This document shows, piece by piece, positions 38,556 to 47,246 of a stretch of DNA of 64,000 bases (position 1 is the first letter of the stretch; each line of letters begins with the position of its first letter). This stretch comes from a virus, in IMG/VR virus record IMGVR_UViG_3300037193_001286, positions 1 through 64,000 of that record, one strand, 5' to 3'. A program made the translations under genes and the position numbers. The notes beneath the pieces are model-generated. The model did not search any database. It was given only the letters and a program-made list of their open reading frames with translations, and was not told the DNA's origin.

Positions 38556-38993
38556 ATGCAGAAGGCACTCAGCAAAGGGGAGTTCAAGACACCTGCCCGC
38601 GCTCCGCAGCAGCGGAACAGGAAGGTCAATGACCGCGAAAAGGAAATCAGCGTCATCGTCGGCCAGAATCTGAAGACGCTGCGCGCGATGGTCGGGATGT
38701 CGCAAATGACGTTGGCCGACTATCTGGGGGTTACATTCCAACAGGTGCAGAAATACGAGAGTGGGGCGAACCGTGTCAGCGCCCCGAAACTGGTGATGAT
38801 GTCGGAAATCTTCAACACGCCGGTCACGACCTTCTTCTCCAATACTGGAATAACGGCGAAGGAAGAGAGCGTTTTGCCAACCTTCGGAAAGCATGGCATT
38901 CGCGCGGCAAGGCTCATCGAGACAATGCGGCCGGGGATGCGCGGCGCGGCGATCCGGGTATTGCAGACGCTTGCGGATGATAGTGACGTCTGA
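38556..38993 (+). CDS. XRE-family regulator
   Basis: 'GMSQ..LA..LGVTFQQVQKYESGANRV'. Confidence 0.85.
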   Translation: MQKALSKGEFKTPARAPQQRNRKVNDREKEISVIVGQNLKTLRAMVGMSQMTLADYLGVTFQQVQKYESGANRVSAPKLVMMSEIFNTPVTTFFSNTGITAKEESVLPTFGKHGIRAARLIETMRPGMRGAAIRVLQTLADDSDV

Positions 38994-39244
38994 TGAACGA
39001 TGATAACGACAACGTCACTCCCTTCCAAAAACGGAAACGGAAAACCCCTCCGGAGTACGGGCGACTGATTCCACCAGCAAGCAACGACCCCAGAGACCTT
39101 CTGATGGGGAGGATCATCGATCAGCTCTATCACCTGCAAAATCGCGTTGCATGGCAAGAGAGGATCAGCCTCGTGCTGTTTATCGCACTCGTTCTTGTGT
39201 CGTTAGGTGATGTGCTTCGGCTGATTGACAGGTGGCTGAAATGA
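38993..39244 (+). CDS. hypothetical membrane protein
   Basis: TGATG coupling; C-terminal TM. Confidence 0.45.
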   Translation: MNDDNDNVTPFQKRKRKTPPEYGRLIPPASNDPRDLLMGRIIDQLYHLQNRVAWQERISLVLFIALVLVSLGDVLRLIDRWLK

Positions 39245-39441
39245 CAGAGACCGCAGATCGCGTAAGTTTCACCGAAAATGGCACGCTCGATGAGATCGTC
39301 GCCTCGCGCGGCGCGCACTTAGAGCGCGTCGGCAAAAGCGAATGGTTCCTGACCTTCGGTCATGGTGACGGATCGGAGACAGCGCTCTGGTTTACATCGA
39401 AGGATTTGGTTCGGCCGAATTTGGAGAAGCGTGCACCATGA
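39241..39441 (+). CDS. hypothetical protein
   Basis: ATGA coupling. Confidence 0.45.
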   Translation: MTETADRVSFTENGTLDEIVASRGAHLERVGKSEWFLTFGHGDGSETALWFTSKDLVRPNLEKRAP

Positions 39442-39620
39442 CGATGGATGTGATCCGCGAAACAGCGACCACGGCATCGCTTTTGGCCATGGTCATGTAT
39501 GCTCTGTTTCAGCTTCGAATTAACCGCCTGATGCGCAAACGGATCGAGCTGCTTGAGATGCTGGTATACTGGCAAGGACAGTTCAATGATGGGACATCGC
39601 GAAAGAACGAAGGCGGCTGA
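39438..39620 (+). CDS. hypothetical membrane protein
   Basis: ATGA coupling. Confidence 0.4.
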   Translation: MTMDVIRETATTASLLAMVMYALFQLRINRLMRKRIELLEMLVYWQGQFNDGTSRKNEGG

Positions 39621-39742
39621 GACGGCCGTCTTCTCCGATTGGCGCAAGGTGACCAAATACATGCGGAAGCCTCGCCGCGTGCACTACTGGAAGAAGCTGT
39701 TCTCACGGCGCGTCCGCAGGGAAGCCAAGGCGGAACTGCGCG

Positions 39743-39964
39743 ATGACCGATAGATTCTATTTCAAGGAGTGGCGCAAGTTCGCCGGGCTCTCGCAAGAGG
39801 AGGTGGCGCGCGAGCTGGGAATGAAGCGCCAGACACTTTCTCGCATAGAGAGCGGGCAAGCTGATTGCTCCATCAGTTTTGTGAAGGGGTTCGCCGATCT
39901 GGTCGGATGTCGGCATTTTACCGATCCCCTCACGCGCCCGCCTGACGGTCGTCCTGATGACTGA
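39743..39964 (+). CDS. XRE-family HTH protein
   Basis: 'KEWRKFAGLSQEEVARELGMKRQTLSRIESG'. Confidence 0.8.
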   Translation: MTDRFYFKEWRKFAGLSQEEVARELGMKRQTLSRIESGQADCSISFVKGFADLVGCRHFTDPLTRPPDGRPDD

Positions 39965-40046
39965 GCGCGCGGCATTCTGGATTTCCGTTGCCATCGCCCT
40001 CGCCCTGGTCTTTTTCTTGGCTGCCGCCGCGCTATGATGGGGCGTC

Positions 40047-40274
40047 ATGAACCTCGTTCGTACCCAATCGATGCCGCCATTTGACCTGAAGGTCTATTAT
40101 CAACGGCGGCACCACCGCTTCATCGTGCAGGTGTCGCATCAAGACGGCCGGAGCATCGTCGAGCACGTCGATGCGACCTATGAGCCGGTGGTCGGCATCG
40201 ACTTTTCAGACAATGAAGAGATCAGCCTCGTGGCTGAGGAAATCTGCCGCCGCATGGAGCAAGGCGCGCAATGA
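40047..40274 (+). CDS. hypothetical protein
   Basis: ORF in a packed operon. Confidence 0.45.
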   Translation: MNLVRTQSMPPFDLKVYYQRRHHRFIVQVSHQDGRSIVEHVDATYEPVVGIDFSDNEEISLVAEEICRRMEQGAQ

Positions 40275-40537
40275 AGTCTATCCGTGAAATCATCGCTTAC
40301 AACAAGGAGCGGATGAAGGACTGCGAGGATGAGATCGCTCGCATCCAGAAGCTGCGCGAGAGCAAGGCTGTCACGACCGATGATCACGACAAGTGGATCG
40401 AGGGCTGGCGCGAGACGCGGGCGTTCTGCCGCGACACTATCGCCTATCTGACGACTCTTGAGCACTTCCAGAAGGCGTTAAAGAAGAAGCCCCCAAGCGG
40501 CGGCAACCGTGGGGGCTTCAACACTACTCGTCAGTAG
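40271..40537 (+). CDS. hypothetical protein
   Basis: ATGA coupling. Confidence 0.45.
   Translation: MKSIREIIAYNKERMKDCEDEIARIQKLRESKAVTTDDHDKWIEGWRETRAFCRDTIAYLTTLEHFQKALKKKPPSGGNRGGFNTTRQ
40480..40518 (-). terminator. terminator downstream of the TROVE gene
   Basis: AAGCCCCCA...TGGGGGCTT hairpin with a T-rich tail on the minus strand. Confidence 0.55.
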
Positions 40538-41855
40538 CTTCCTGTAGCACCGGCTGGCCGATGCCTTCGGCAGCTGCGATGTATCGCAGGATGCCTTCAG
40601 AGAAGCCGTCGATGTGCGTCCAGCCATTGCCGTAACCGACGCCGTTCCGGTAGGAAGCGACGTTGATCATGTAGGCACGATCCGCACGCGGCGGCGGCAC
40701 AACGTCTGCCGTCTGCTCATCGGAGATGACGATCAGGCGGTCATGCCACTCACGGTTCGCACGCTCGATGGCCCTACCAAGATAGGTGCCCATGTGCATC
40801 TGCGAGCTGATCACCGCATCGACGCCAGCCATGCCGCGACGCGCCGGGACTTCCTTGATGTCATTCGAGAACGAAAACACCCGCAAGTCGCCGTTGATCA
40901 CCGACGCCAGAGCGGCGGCGGCATCCATCCGCATCATGTCCGAACGCTGCGATAGCCGCGTGTTCATCGAGCCGGAGACATCGACGAGGACAATCGTCTT
41001 GCCCGGCAGCTCGACGCCTTCAGACACCGCCTCGACCAGCGCCTGATCGATCACCCCTTCCAGCTGCGGCGCGGCGCGAGCGGCAGCAACGTAGCGGAAC
41101 GGGAAGACCATCTTGGCACCACGGCGAGCAAGGATCGCCTCCTTGACCAGATCGAGGTCGGCACCTGCCTCGACCATGTTGCGCAGGTTGCGCAACAGAG
41201 CGAGGTAGCCGATCTTCCCCTCCCGGATCAGGCGTTCGAACGTCTCCTTCTTGTCGGCACCCCCGGACAGCGCGACTTCCCACGTATCCGGCGTCACCAG
41301 CTCACGGTTGGCGAGCCGCTTGTAGAGCGATTCACGCTCCGGCGTCTTGCCCTTGGCGTGCGACAGGAACAGCACGTCGCGAAGGCGGACCATGCCGTCA
41401 CGGTCATACTTCGCCAGCGAATACTCGTTGAACTTGTCGAAGGCAGCAGCCAGCCCGCGCTTCATCTGGGCGGACAGCGGACGCTTGCCGCCACGCCAGT
41501 AGAGCGCAACCAGTTCTGCCAGCTCATCCGGGCGCGTGATCGTCGCGGTGATCGCCTCGGCAACGCCGGGACCGCCTCGACGGACCAGATCGAGAAGCAG
41601 CATCAGTGGTGCATGGCGAAGGCCGTGGACGGTACGCGCCTCGACAGCGAGCGCCGCAACGTCGTCCTTCTTCACCTTCTCTGCGGTCACCATGATGCGG
41701 TCGGCGATGGTCTCCCCGTCCTCGTAGAACTGGTTTTCCCATAGGAGACATGCGAGCACGGACCGGCGCAGCTGCAAGATCGGCGAAAGTCCGCCGACAG
41801 CGCGAGCGCCCTCGTGGGTGAACTCAGTCTTCCGGATTGGCTTGTTGGTGCGCAT
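40524..41855 (-). CDS. rsr: Ro60/Rsr TROVE-domain RNA-binding protein with vWA domain
   Basis: 'LRRSVLACLLWE..FYE', 'RPDEL', 'Y.LAKY', 'TWE', 'ALLRNLRN' and MIDAS 'DVSGSM'; AAAGGAA RBS before ATG 41855. Confidence 0.9.
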   Translation of the reverse strand: MRTNKPIRKTEFTHEGARAVGGLSPILQLRRSVLACLLWENQFYEDGETIADRIMVTAEKVKKDDVAALAVEARTVHGLRHAPLMLLLDLVRRGGPGVAEAITATITRPDELAELVALYWRGGKRPLSAQMKRGLAAAFDKFNEYSLAKYDRDGMVRLRDVLFLSHAKGKTPERESLYKRLANRELVTPDTWEVALSGGADKKETFERLIREGKIGYLALLRNLRNMVEAGADLDLVKEAILARRGAKMVFPFRYVAAARAAPQLEGVIDQALVEAVSEGVELPGKTIVLVDVSGSMNTRLSQRSDMMRMDAAAALASVINGDLRVFSFSNDIKEVPARRGMAGVDAVISSQMHMGTYLGRAIERANREWHDRLIVISDEQTADVVPPPRADRAYMINVASYRNGVGYGNGWTHIDGFSEGILRYIAAAEGIGQPVLQEATDE

Positions 41856-41919
41856 GATCGAAATTCCTTTGGTTGGCCTACGCCACCGTGGGTTTTCCAT
41901 CAGCGCCCAGGAGGAAGGT

Positions 41920-41988
41920 GGGCGGGAATAATCGCCAGACGGTCTGGACATCATTTCAAGTGAAGTAACCGTCAGCTTCGCCACGCCC
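41920..41988 (-). ncRNA. Y RNA-like unit (short); 4th of array in transcription order
   Basis: GGGCG-TGGCGAAG-CTGACGG-TTACTTC-insert-CCGTCTG-..ATTCC-CGCCC, with self-complementary ends. Confidence 0.75.
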
Positions 41989-41997
41989 GTTTTCCGG

Positions 41998-42104
41998 TCC
42001 AGCGGGAACTATCGATACGGTCACATGCCTGATTTGAACAGGCACCACCCGGCTTAAAGCCGATGGTTCATCCACGAAGTATCCGTATCTTACGCCACGC
42101 CGGA
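41998..42104 (-). ncRNA. Y RNA-like unit with hairpin and T-arm; 3rd of array
   Basis: Same scaffold (GATACGG/CCGTATC); insert has TCGG-CTTTAAG-CCGG and T-arm GCCTG-TTCAAAT-CAGGC. Confidence 0.78.
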
Positions 42105-42113
42105 GAAAACGAA

Positions 42114-42251
42114 GGGTCTGGCGGGAATTGACGAAATCGGGCTTTTTGCTGTTGCTCTACCGCTGAGCTAACCCCCTTTCGGGGGTACTGGATTCGAACC
42201 AATGACCTACAGTTTATGAGAAGTATCCGATCTCTTCGCCACGCCAGACCC
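42114..42251 (-). ncRNA. yrlA: YrlA-type Y RNA (circularly permuted tRNA mimic); 2nd of array
   Basis: 10-bp terminal stem GGGTCTGGCG/CGCCAGACCC; T-arm ATTGG-TTCGAAT-CCAGT; acceptor stem ACCCCC-GAAA-GGGGGT; D-arm GCTC-AGCGGTA-GAGC. Confidence 0.88.
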
Positions 42252-42273
42252 TATAAGAATCTCCATAGCGCCA

Positions 42274-42337
42274 ACGGGAATAAGCGGAAACGGTCTGGCT
42301 CTCTATTGACAAGAAGTAACCGTTACCTTCGCCACGT
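42274..42337 (-). ncRNA. Y RNA-like unit (short); 1st of array
   Basis: ACG-TGGCGAAG-GTAACGG-TTACTTC-19 nt insert-CCGTTTC-..ATTCC-CGT. Confidence 0.72.
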
Positions 42338-42347
42338 CAGCAATTAA

Positions 42348-42376
42348 GGAGTAAATGCAAATTTGTCGGATTGCAA
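42348..42376 (-). promoter_or_regulatory. promoter of the Y RNA-rsr operon with CAAATTTG operator
   Basis: TTGCAA-tccGACAAATTTGCAtt-TACTCC (17-bp spacer), ending about 10 nt before the first Y RNA. Confidence 0.55.
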
Positions 42377-42461
42377 GCTTGTAATTACCTAATAGGCATA
42401 TTATCACTATGTACAGAGACGGCCGCTGGGGCTGTCTTCGCTAATTTTGGAGAAACTCATC

Positions 42462-43565
42462 GTGTCGGACGTAATCATTTGCGGCTTCGCCGCCACCATC
42501 CAGTACATCAATCCCAAAAATGTTGAATTCGATATTCACCCGGCAGCCAAGCTGTTTCCAGTCCCGACTTCGGAGGATCGCGCGGCGCTCAAGGCGTCGC
42601 TCGTCGAGCACGGTTTCAGCTCGACCAATCCGATCATCGTCTATGCGGATCGCAATCAGATCGTCGATGGACGGACACGCTGGGCCATCGAAAAGGAGCT
42701 GAAGCGCGACTTGGAAATCCCGGTTGCGTTCGTCCAATTTCCCGATGACGAAGCTGCAAAGCGCTTCGCGCTGTCGCAGAACCTTGGCCGTCGCCACCTC
42801 ACCCGCGAGCAGCGCGACCAGATGATCAACGATCTCGTTTTCGACGGCTGGGCGGTCAAGGACTTGGCCGAGATGTTCGGCATCTCCGAATCGGCCGTCA
42901 CCAAGATCACGACGGAAACCCGCGATCTCATCGAAGAAGAACGCAACAAGAAGATCGTCGCCCTTGTCGACGAAGGTAAAACGCAGCGCGAAGTGGCTGA
43001 GGAAGTCGGCGTCAACGCGGCGACCGTGAACCGCGTGTTGCAGAAACGGACAAAATCCGAAATCGCAACGGACGGCAGCTGGCTGAACAAAAAGCCCGCC
43101 GTCGAGCCTGTCGTCAAGCCGACCGAAATCGATCCGCTGAAGATCACCGCCGTCCAAGCCAAGCAGGACGAGAAGATCGAGCGTCAGGTCGCCAAGAAGG
43201 TCGAACAGGCTCTCAAGGTCGAGCGCAAGAAGCTCGACAAGGAATTCGACGTGAAGGTCCGCGAGGCTGCCGACGCCTTCGTCAACCAGAACATCCTGCC
43301 GGTCTATGGCAAGCGCATCGAGCTGGCCGAACAGATCATCGCCTCGCACAAGGGCGTCATGACGAAGTCCCAGTTCCGCAAGGTGCTGTCTGTCCTTCAC
43401 CCGGATTCGACGCAGGATGAGGAACACAAGAAGAAGCTCGCTGCTGTCTTCGACATGTTCAAGTCGCTGGAACCGGTGCTGATCGAACCCAAGACGGCCG
43501 AAATCGAGCCGCTGGCGGCAACCGTCGAAGAATTCACCGCCAAGAAGACGCGGAAGGCTGCATGA
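42462..43565 (+). CDS. ParB/Srx N-terminal domain protein with HTH motifs
   Basis: 'HPAAKLFP...LKASL.EHG...PI......IVDGRTR...NLGRRHLT'; GGAGA RBS before GTG. Start uncertain. Confidence 0.7.
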   Translation: MSDVIICGFAATIQYINPKNVEFDIHPAAKLFPVPTSEDRAALKASLVEHGFSSTNPIIVYADRNQIVDGRTRWAIEKELKRDLEIPVAFVQFPDDEAAKRFALSQNLGRRHLTREQRDQMINDLVFDGWAVKDLAEMFGISESAVTKITTETRDLIEEERNKKIVALVDEGKTQREVAEEVGVNAATVNRVLQKRTKSEIATDGSWLNKKPAVEPVVKPTEIDPLKITAVQAKQDEKIERQVAKKVEQALKVERKKLDKEFDVKVREAADAFVNQNILPVYGKRIELAEQIIASHKGVMTKSQFRKVLSVLHPDSTQDEEHKKKLAAVFDMFKSLEPVLIEPKTAEIEPLAATVEEFTAKKTRKAA

Positions 43566-43966
43566 TGCGCGCGATCCTGATCGATGCCGTCGAAAAGACG
43601 GTGACAGAAATTGACATGGACGGGAAGCTTCAGAGCCTTTACCGGCTGCTTGGCTGCAATCTGGTCGAGGCAGTGGAGCTGGATGATCGTCATTCCCTCT
43701 GGGTCGACGAGGAAGGCTTGATGGTCGAAAATCCCGGCCCGTTCTTCGCCTTCAAGGGTGGCGAGCGCCCCTACCCGTTCAAAGGCGTCATCCTTGGTGA
43801 CAACCACCAAACTGGAAGCAACACCGATGCCGTCGTTCCGCTGGACGTCGTCCAAAGCGTGATCGAATGGCCCGATGTCGAGTTTGCCGGTTTCGAGGAA
43901 ATCAATGAACCCGGCATTCTTTACGGCGTGCGGGCGGCATTCAGGGACAAAGGGGCGGACGAATGA
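43562..43966 (+). CDS. DUF3846-like protein
   Basis: 'LQSLYRLLGC..VE......LWVDEEGL'. Confidence 0.6.
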   Translation: MMRAILIDAVEKTVTEIDMDGKLQSLYRLLGCNLVEAVELDDRHSLWVDEEGLMVENPGPFFAFKGGERPYPFKGVILGDNHQTGSNTDAVVPLDVVQSVIEWPDVEFAGFEEINEPGILYGVRAAFRDKGADE

Positions 43967-44133
43967 AAGCGATCATCTGTCTCTGCGCCGTGATCGTCAC
44001 GGCCATCGCCATCTACTTCTTCTGGCAGGATCGCGCCGAAAAGGCGGCTTACGCCAAGAATGAAATCTGGCGGAAGCACGATCAAGCGGTCCGGGGCCTT
44101 GAAGAGGCCTACGGCATAGATTTGGACAAATGA
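43963..44133 (+). CDS. small single-TM protein
   Basis: MKAIICLCAVIVTAIAIYFFWQD...; ATGA coupling. Confidence 0.4.
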   Translation: MKAIICLCAVIVTAIAIYFFWQDRAEKAAYAKNEIWRKHDQAVRGLEEAYGIDLDK

Positions 44134-44135
44134 GA

Positions 44136-44396
44136 ATGAAGAGATTCCTCATCGCTGCCGCAGCGATTCTTGCGGCAACTGGCGCATATGCCGTCGATAC
44201 CTACGAGATCGAAGTCGCCGCCGACGATGAACTGTTCATCATCAACGGCGAGCGGTTCGAGTCGAAAACCTACTGCCTCGGATGGGAAGAAGGCGAAGAC
44301 GTGATCTTCATCGACGGTAGCGCGAACGGCGTCTGCCTCTCAGCCGAACTCTACAATTTGAATCGCAGGGAATCCTGCGAAGTCTGGTGCGAATGA
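44136..44396 (+). CDS. small secreted Cys protein
   Basis: Signal peptide; 'DELFIINGE.F..KTYC...C.VWCE'. Confidence 0.6.
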   Translation: MKRFLIAAAAILAATGAYAVDTYEIEVAADDELFIINGERFESKTYCLGWEEGEDVIFIDGSANGVCLSAELYNLNRRESCEVWCE

Positions 44397-44428
44397 TTAC
44401 TGTCGCACCTAAATCAACAAACGAAATG

Positions 44429-44451
44429 AACCGCCTTCGGGCGGTTTTTTT
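44429..44451 (+). terminator. rho-independent terminator
   Basis: AACCGCC-TTCG-GGCGGTT-TTTTT between convergent genes. Confidence 0.8.
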
Positions 44452-46057
44452 ACGCGATCAGCGCGTCGATATCGACCGAGTTTTCCGTCTCAAGCTTCAG
44501 TGCCGCAATCGCCATGATCGCCGCCACGGCAGGGTCTATGCGCCCGGTGGACTTCGATTTTTCCGGCTTGCGGTTGTTCGCGGCGTCGAAAGCGACCACG
44601 ACGTTGGACATCGCCCAGCGCAGCACCGGATGCCCGCCATGGCGGATGCGCCCCTGTAGCGCCAGCTCCTCGACCAGATCGAGCGACGGCCCCATATCCT
44701 TGAAGCCTTGGCCGTGGCTCATCAGCGGTATGATAAGCCCCTGCCGCGCCAAGGATTGCCGGAAAACGTCGATCCGCCAGCGGTCGTAAGCGATCTTGTG
44801 GAACGGGATCGTCTTCGACAGCTCGCCGATGTCACGCGCAAGGAAGTCGTAATCAAGCGCCTCGCCCGGAACCGGGATCATCAGATCGCGATCCGCCCAT
44901 GCCCGGTATGGCGCACGGTCGCGGATGGCGCGCGCGTCGAGCGTATCATTCGGCGTCCAGATGCGCGGCATCAGATGGATGATGCCCTCGTCATCCTCGA
45001 CCGCCATCACCAGCGCCGAAAGGTCCACCCTCGCCGACAGGTCGAGGCCCGCGCCGACTTTGCGATCCGAATAGAACAATGCCTCATTGATTGCCTCATC
45101 CCCCCTCGCCCAGACCGCCTGAGTGAGGAATGGAGCTTTAGCCTGGACGCGCTGGTTCAGGTACAGATTGCGCACCGACGCTTCCAGCGCGGGCAGCTTC
45201 ACGGCGCGGCCCATCATCGTGCGGAACTCGTCGATGTCGCGATAATCGCCCAGTGTCGGATTGGCCTTCAGCCACTGCTTTTCGTCGAGCAGCTTGCACT
45301 CTGGATCGGCGGCATAGAGGTGAACCGTGAAGGTCTCGTCCTCGATCACGCCCGCCTTCACTTTGAGGCCATAGTCGATCAGTTCGGAAAGAAGGTGCTC
45401 ATCGCTCGCCGCTTGCGTCGAAATAACCATCATCAGCGGCTCGACCTGCGATCCAAGCGACGTCATCAGCGCGTCATAGAGCGCCGAATTCTTCGACTGG
45501 GCCAGCTCGTCATAGATCACGAAATCCAGACCCTCGCCGAATGCGCCACCGGCATCCGCTGAGATCGCCGTGTAGGTCGAGCCGTCCTCCTTGTGGACGA
45601 TCACCTTCGACGAGTTGATCACCTTCAGCTTCTTCATCAAGGCGCGATTGCGGAAGACGATGGTCGCGACCAGGCGGTGGATGATGCCAGCTTGCTTGCG
45701 GGTCGTCGCGGCGCTGACGATCGTCGAGTTCGGCTTCTTGAATGGACCGACCAGGTGCAGCAGCAAGATCACCGCCGCAAGCAGCGATTTCCCAGCGCGC
45801 CGGCCGACTGAAAGTATCCCTTGCCGCCTTTTGCGCCGCCCATCCTCTGTTCTGGGGTTATAGACGTCCCGGATGAAGTCGATCTGGAACTGTCGAAGGC
45901 GAAGCGGCTGGTTGACATATTTACCGGCCGGGACGACCAGCGAATGAGCGAACGCGATGGCCAAGCCCGATGGCAGATCCCAGTCCTCTTTGGGAACGTC
46001 CAGCGCCTTCATGCGTCGATGCCGGAGTTGCCGTTTGTCCTTCACGATCTGGTCCAT
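44450..46057 (-). CDS. terL: terminase large subunit
   Basis: Walker A 'GRRAGKS', Walker B 'VIYDEL', 'ISTQ', nuclease 'GLDLS...DLSA' and 'RIDPAVA'. Confidence 0.93.
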   Translation of the reverse strand: MDQIVKDKRQLRHRRMKALDVPKEDWDLPSGLAIAFAHSLVVPAGKYVNQPLRLRQFQIDFIRDVYNPRTEDGRRKRRQGILSVGRRAGKSLLAAVILLLHLVGPFKKPNSTIVSAATTRKQAGIIHRLVATIVFRNRALMKKLKVINSSKVIVHKEDGSTYTAISADAGGAFGEGLDFVIYDELAQSKNSALYDALMTSLGSQVEPLMMVISTQAASDEHLLSELIDYGLKVKAGVIEDETFTVHLYAADPECKLLDEKQWLKANPTLGDYRDIDEFRTMMGRAVKLPALEASVRNLYLNQRVQAKAPFLTQAVWARGDEAINEALFYSDRKVGAGLDLSARVDLSALVMAVEDDEGIIHLMPRIWTPNDTLDARAIRDRAPYRAWADRDLMIPVPGEALDYDFLARDIGELSKTIPFHKIAYDRWRIDVFRQSLARQGLIIPLMSHGQGFKDMGPSLDLVEELALQGRIRHGGHPVLRWAMSNVVVAFDAANNRKPEKSKSTGRIDPAVAAIMAIAALKLETENSVDIDALIA

Positions 46058-46067
46058 GGATCAAAGC

Positions 46068-46532
46068 TCAATCCCCGGCACCATCCATCAGCCAACCCAT
46101 CTCGTCATCGGGATCGACTTTCGTCGCCATGATCCGCTGGCGAGCGACCGGCGACAGCCCCAGCTCCGCGCCGCAGGCATGCATCTCCCGCTGTAACCCG
46201 TTCATGGCCGAAAGCAGCGGATGTTTGATCACCCCTTGAGGCGTCTTCACCAGCATCCCATCCGCCTTGACCGCCTCGTCAGCCTCCCGCCACCTCGCCC
46301 AAGCGACCACGTACCTCTCCATGATCGACGTGTCGGCCCTGGCGAGCACTCCGGCCGGTAAAGAGGCGACAACGAAGCGCCAAAGTGCCTTTTCGGTCGG
46401 CGTGAGATGATCTGGTGGTTCCAACGTGCCAACGCCCTCGATGCGTGGTCCCTGGCCCTTTTTCCCTACATGGGAGCGGTCGCCCTCGCTTTCCTTGACG
46501 ATTGCGAGCTTTGGTTTGCGTCCTTGCATCAC
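46068..46532 (-). CDS. terS: terminase small subunit (P27 family)
   Basis: 'GRKPK', 'PPDHL', 'HPLL' and 'ELGLSPVAR'. Confidence 0.88.
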   Translation of the reverse strand: MMQGRKPKLAIVKESEGDRSHVGKKGQGPRIEGVGTLEPPDHLTPTEKALWRFVVASLPAGVLARADTSIMERYVVAWARWREADEAVKADGMLVKTPQGVIKHPLLSAMNGLQREMHACGAELGLSPVARQRIMATKVDPDDEMGWLMDGAGD

Positions 46533-46629
46533 TGATACCCGTCAAAATGCGTTTTTCCTCATATAGGGCTACAGGTTACCGGAAAGGCAACCATTTCGCC
46601 AAATAGGGCCAAAAAGATTTTCCCGAAAG

Positions 46630-46710
46630 TGGTAGTTGTTGGGGGCCGCCGGTCCCGGCCGGGGTATATGACGTTTTGCTAATACCCCCCCCCTCCTCCG
46701 CCCTGGTTGG
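46630..46710. other. probable cos / packaging site
   Basis: Intergenic between HNH and terS (HK97-type layout), with a G9 run on the minus strand and GC-rich inverted repeats. Confidence 0.5.
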
Positions 46711-46777
46711 CGGCCGTCCCGCCTGCCGTTCGACGATCGTCGAGAGGCCGGAGCACTTCGAGCCTTTCGGCCTAGGC

Positions 46778-47155
46778 CTATCGGCCGCTATGCCGCCTCT
46801 TTAGCCGGGCTTGCGTTGTCGGATCGATTGGAGCGGGACGGTTGACCGTGTCGATTGCGGCCGTGTTGTCGGATTGGTTCCATGGGTGATTAGGATCGAT
46901 AGGCATGCCGGACTCGTCGCATGCTCCGGCTAACGTGCCACGGTCATAAGCGGCCGTAAGGACTCCATGGTGAAACTTGCATAACGATTGCAGATTGGAC
47001 GGATCGAGTCGGCGATTAGGCGCATTCTTGACCGTGACAATATGGTCCACAAAAACCGCACGCTTTCCGCATCCTTTAACGACGCATGCAGGATTGTGCT
47101 TTAGATGCTTTGCCCGGAGTCGGTTCCATTCTTTGCTCTGGTAAAATCCCGGCAT
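46778..47155 (-). CDS. HNH endonuclease (gp74-like terminase cofactor)
   Basis: 'FYQSKEW...C...C....VDHI...NLQSLC..HH'; adjacent to terS. Confidence 0.85.
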   Translation of the reverse strand: MPGFYQSKEWNRLRAKHLKHNPACVVKGCGKRAVFVDHIVTVKNAPNRRLDPSNLQSLCKFHHGVLTAAYDRGTLAGACDESGMPIDPNHPWNQSDNTAAIDTVNRPAPIDPTTQARLKRRHSGR

Positions 47156-47179
47156 TTCATCAAACCTGCAAAATAGGCC

Positions 47180-47208
47180 TTGCTATTCGTCAAACTTGCC
47201 TTTATGTA
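47180..47208 (+). promoter_or_regulatory. early promoter (related copies at 48026, 49073, 50445)
   Basis: TTGCTA-N17-TATGTA with GTCAAACTTGCC in the spacer. Confidence 0.65.
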
Positions 47209-47246
47209 CATGGTCAACAACAACCACACACATAAGAGGCAAGGCA

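Noticed and set aside
41856-41984. 43-aa N-terminal extension of the TROVE ORF
   Set aside because: It overlaps a Y RNA unit; the RBS and the recognisable domain begin at 41855.
42150-42215. Canonical tRNA gene (D- and T-arm motifs)
   Set aside because: The arms are in permuted order (T-arm, capped acceptor stem, D-arm) with no free CCA end; this is a YrlA-type Y RNA.
41920-42337. CRISPR array
   Set aside because: The units are self-complementary scaffolds with covarying stems and inserts of very unequal length; no cas genes are present and the adjacent gene is Ro60.
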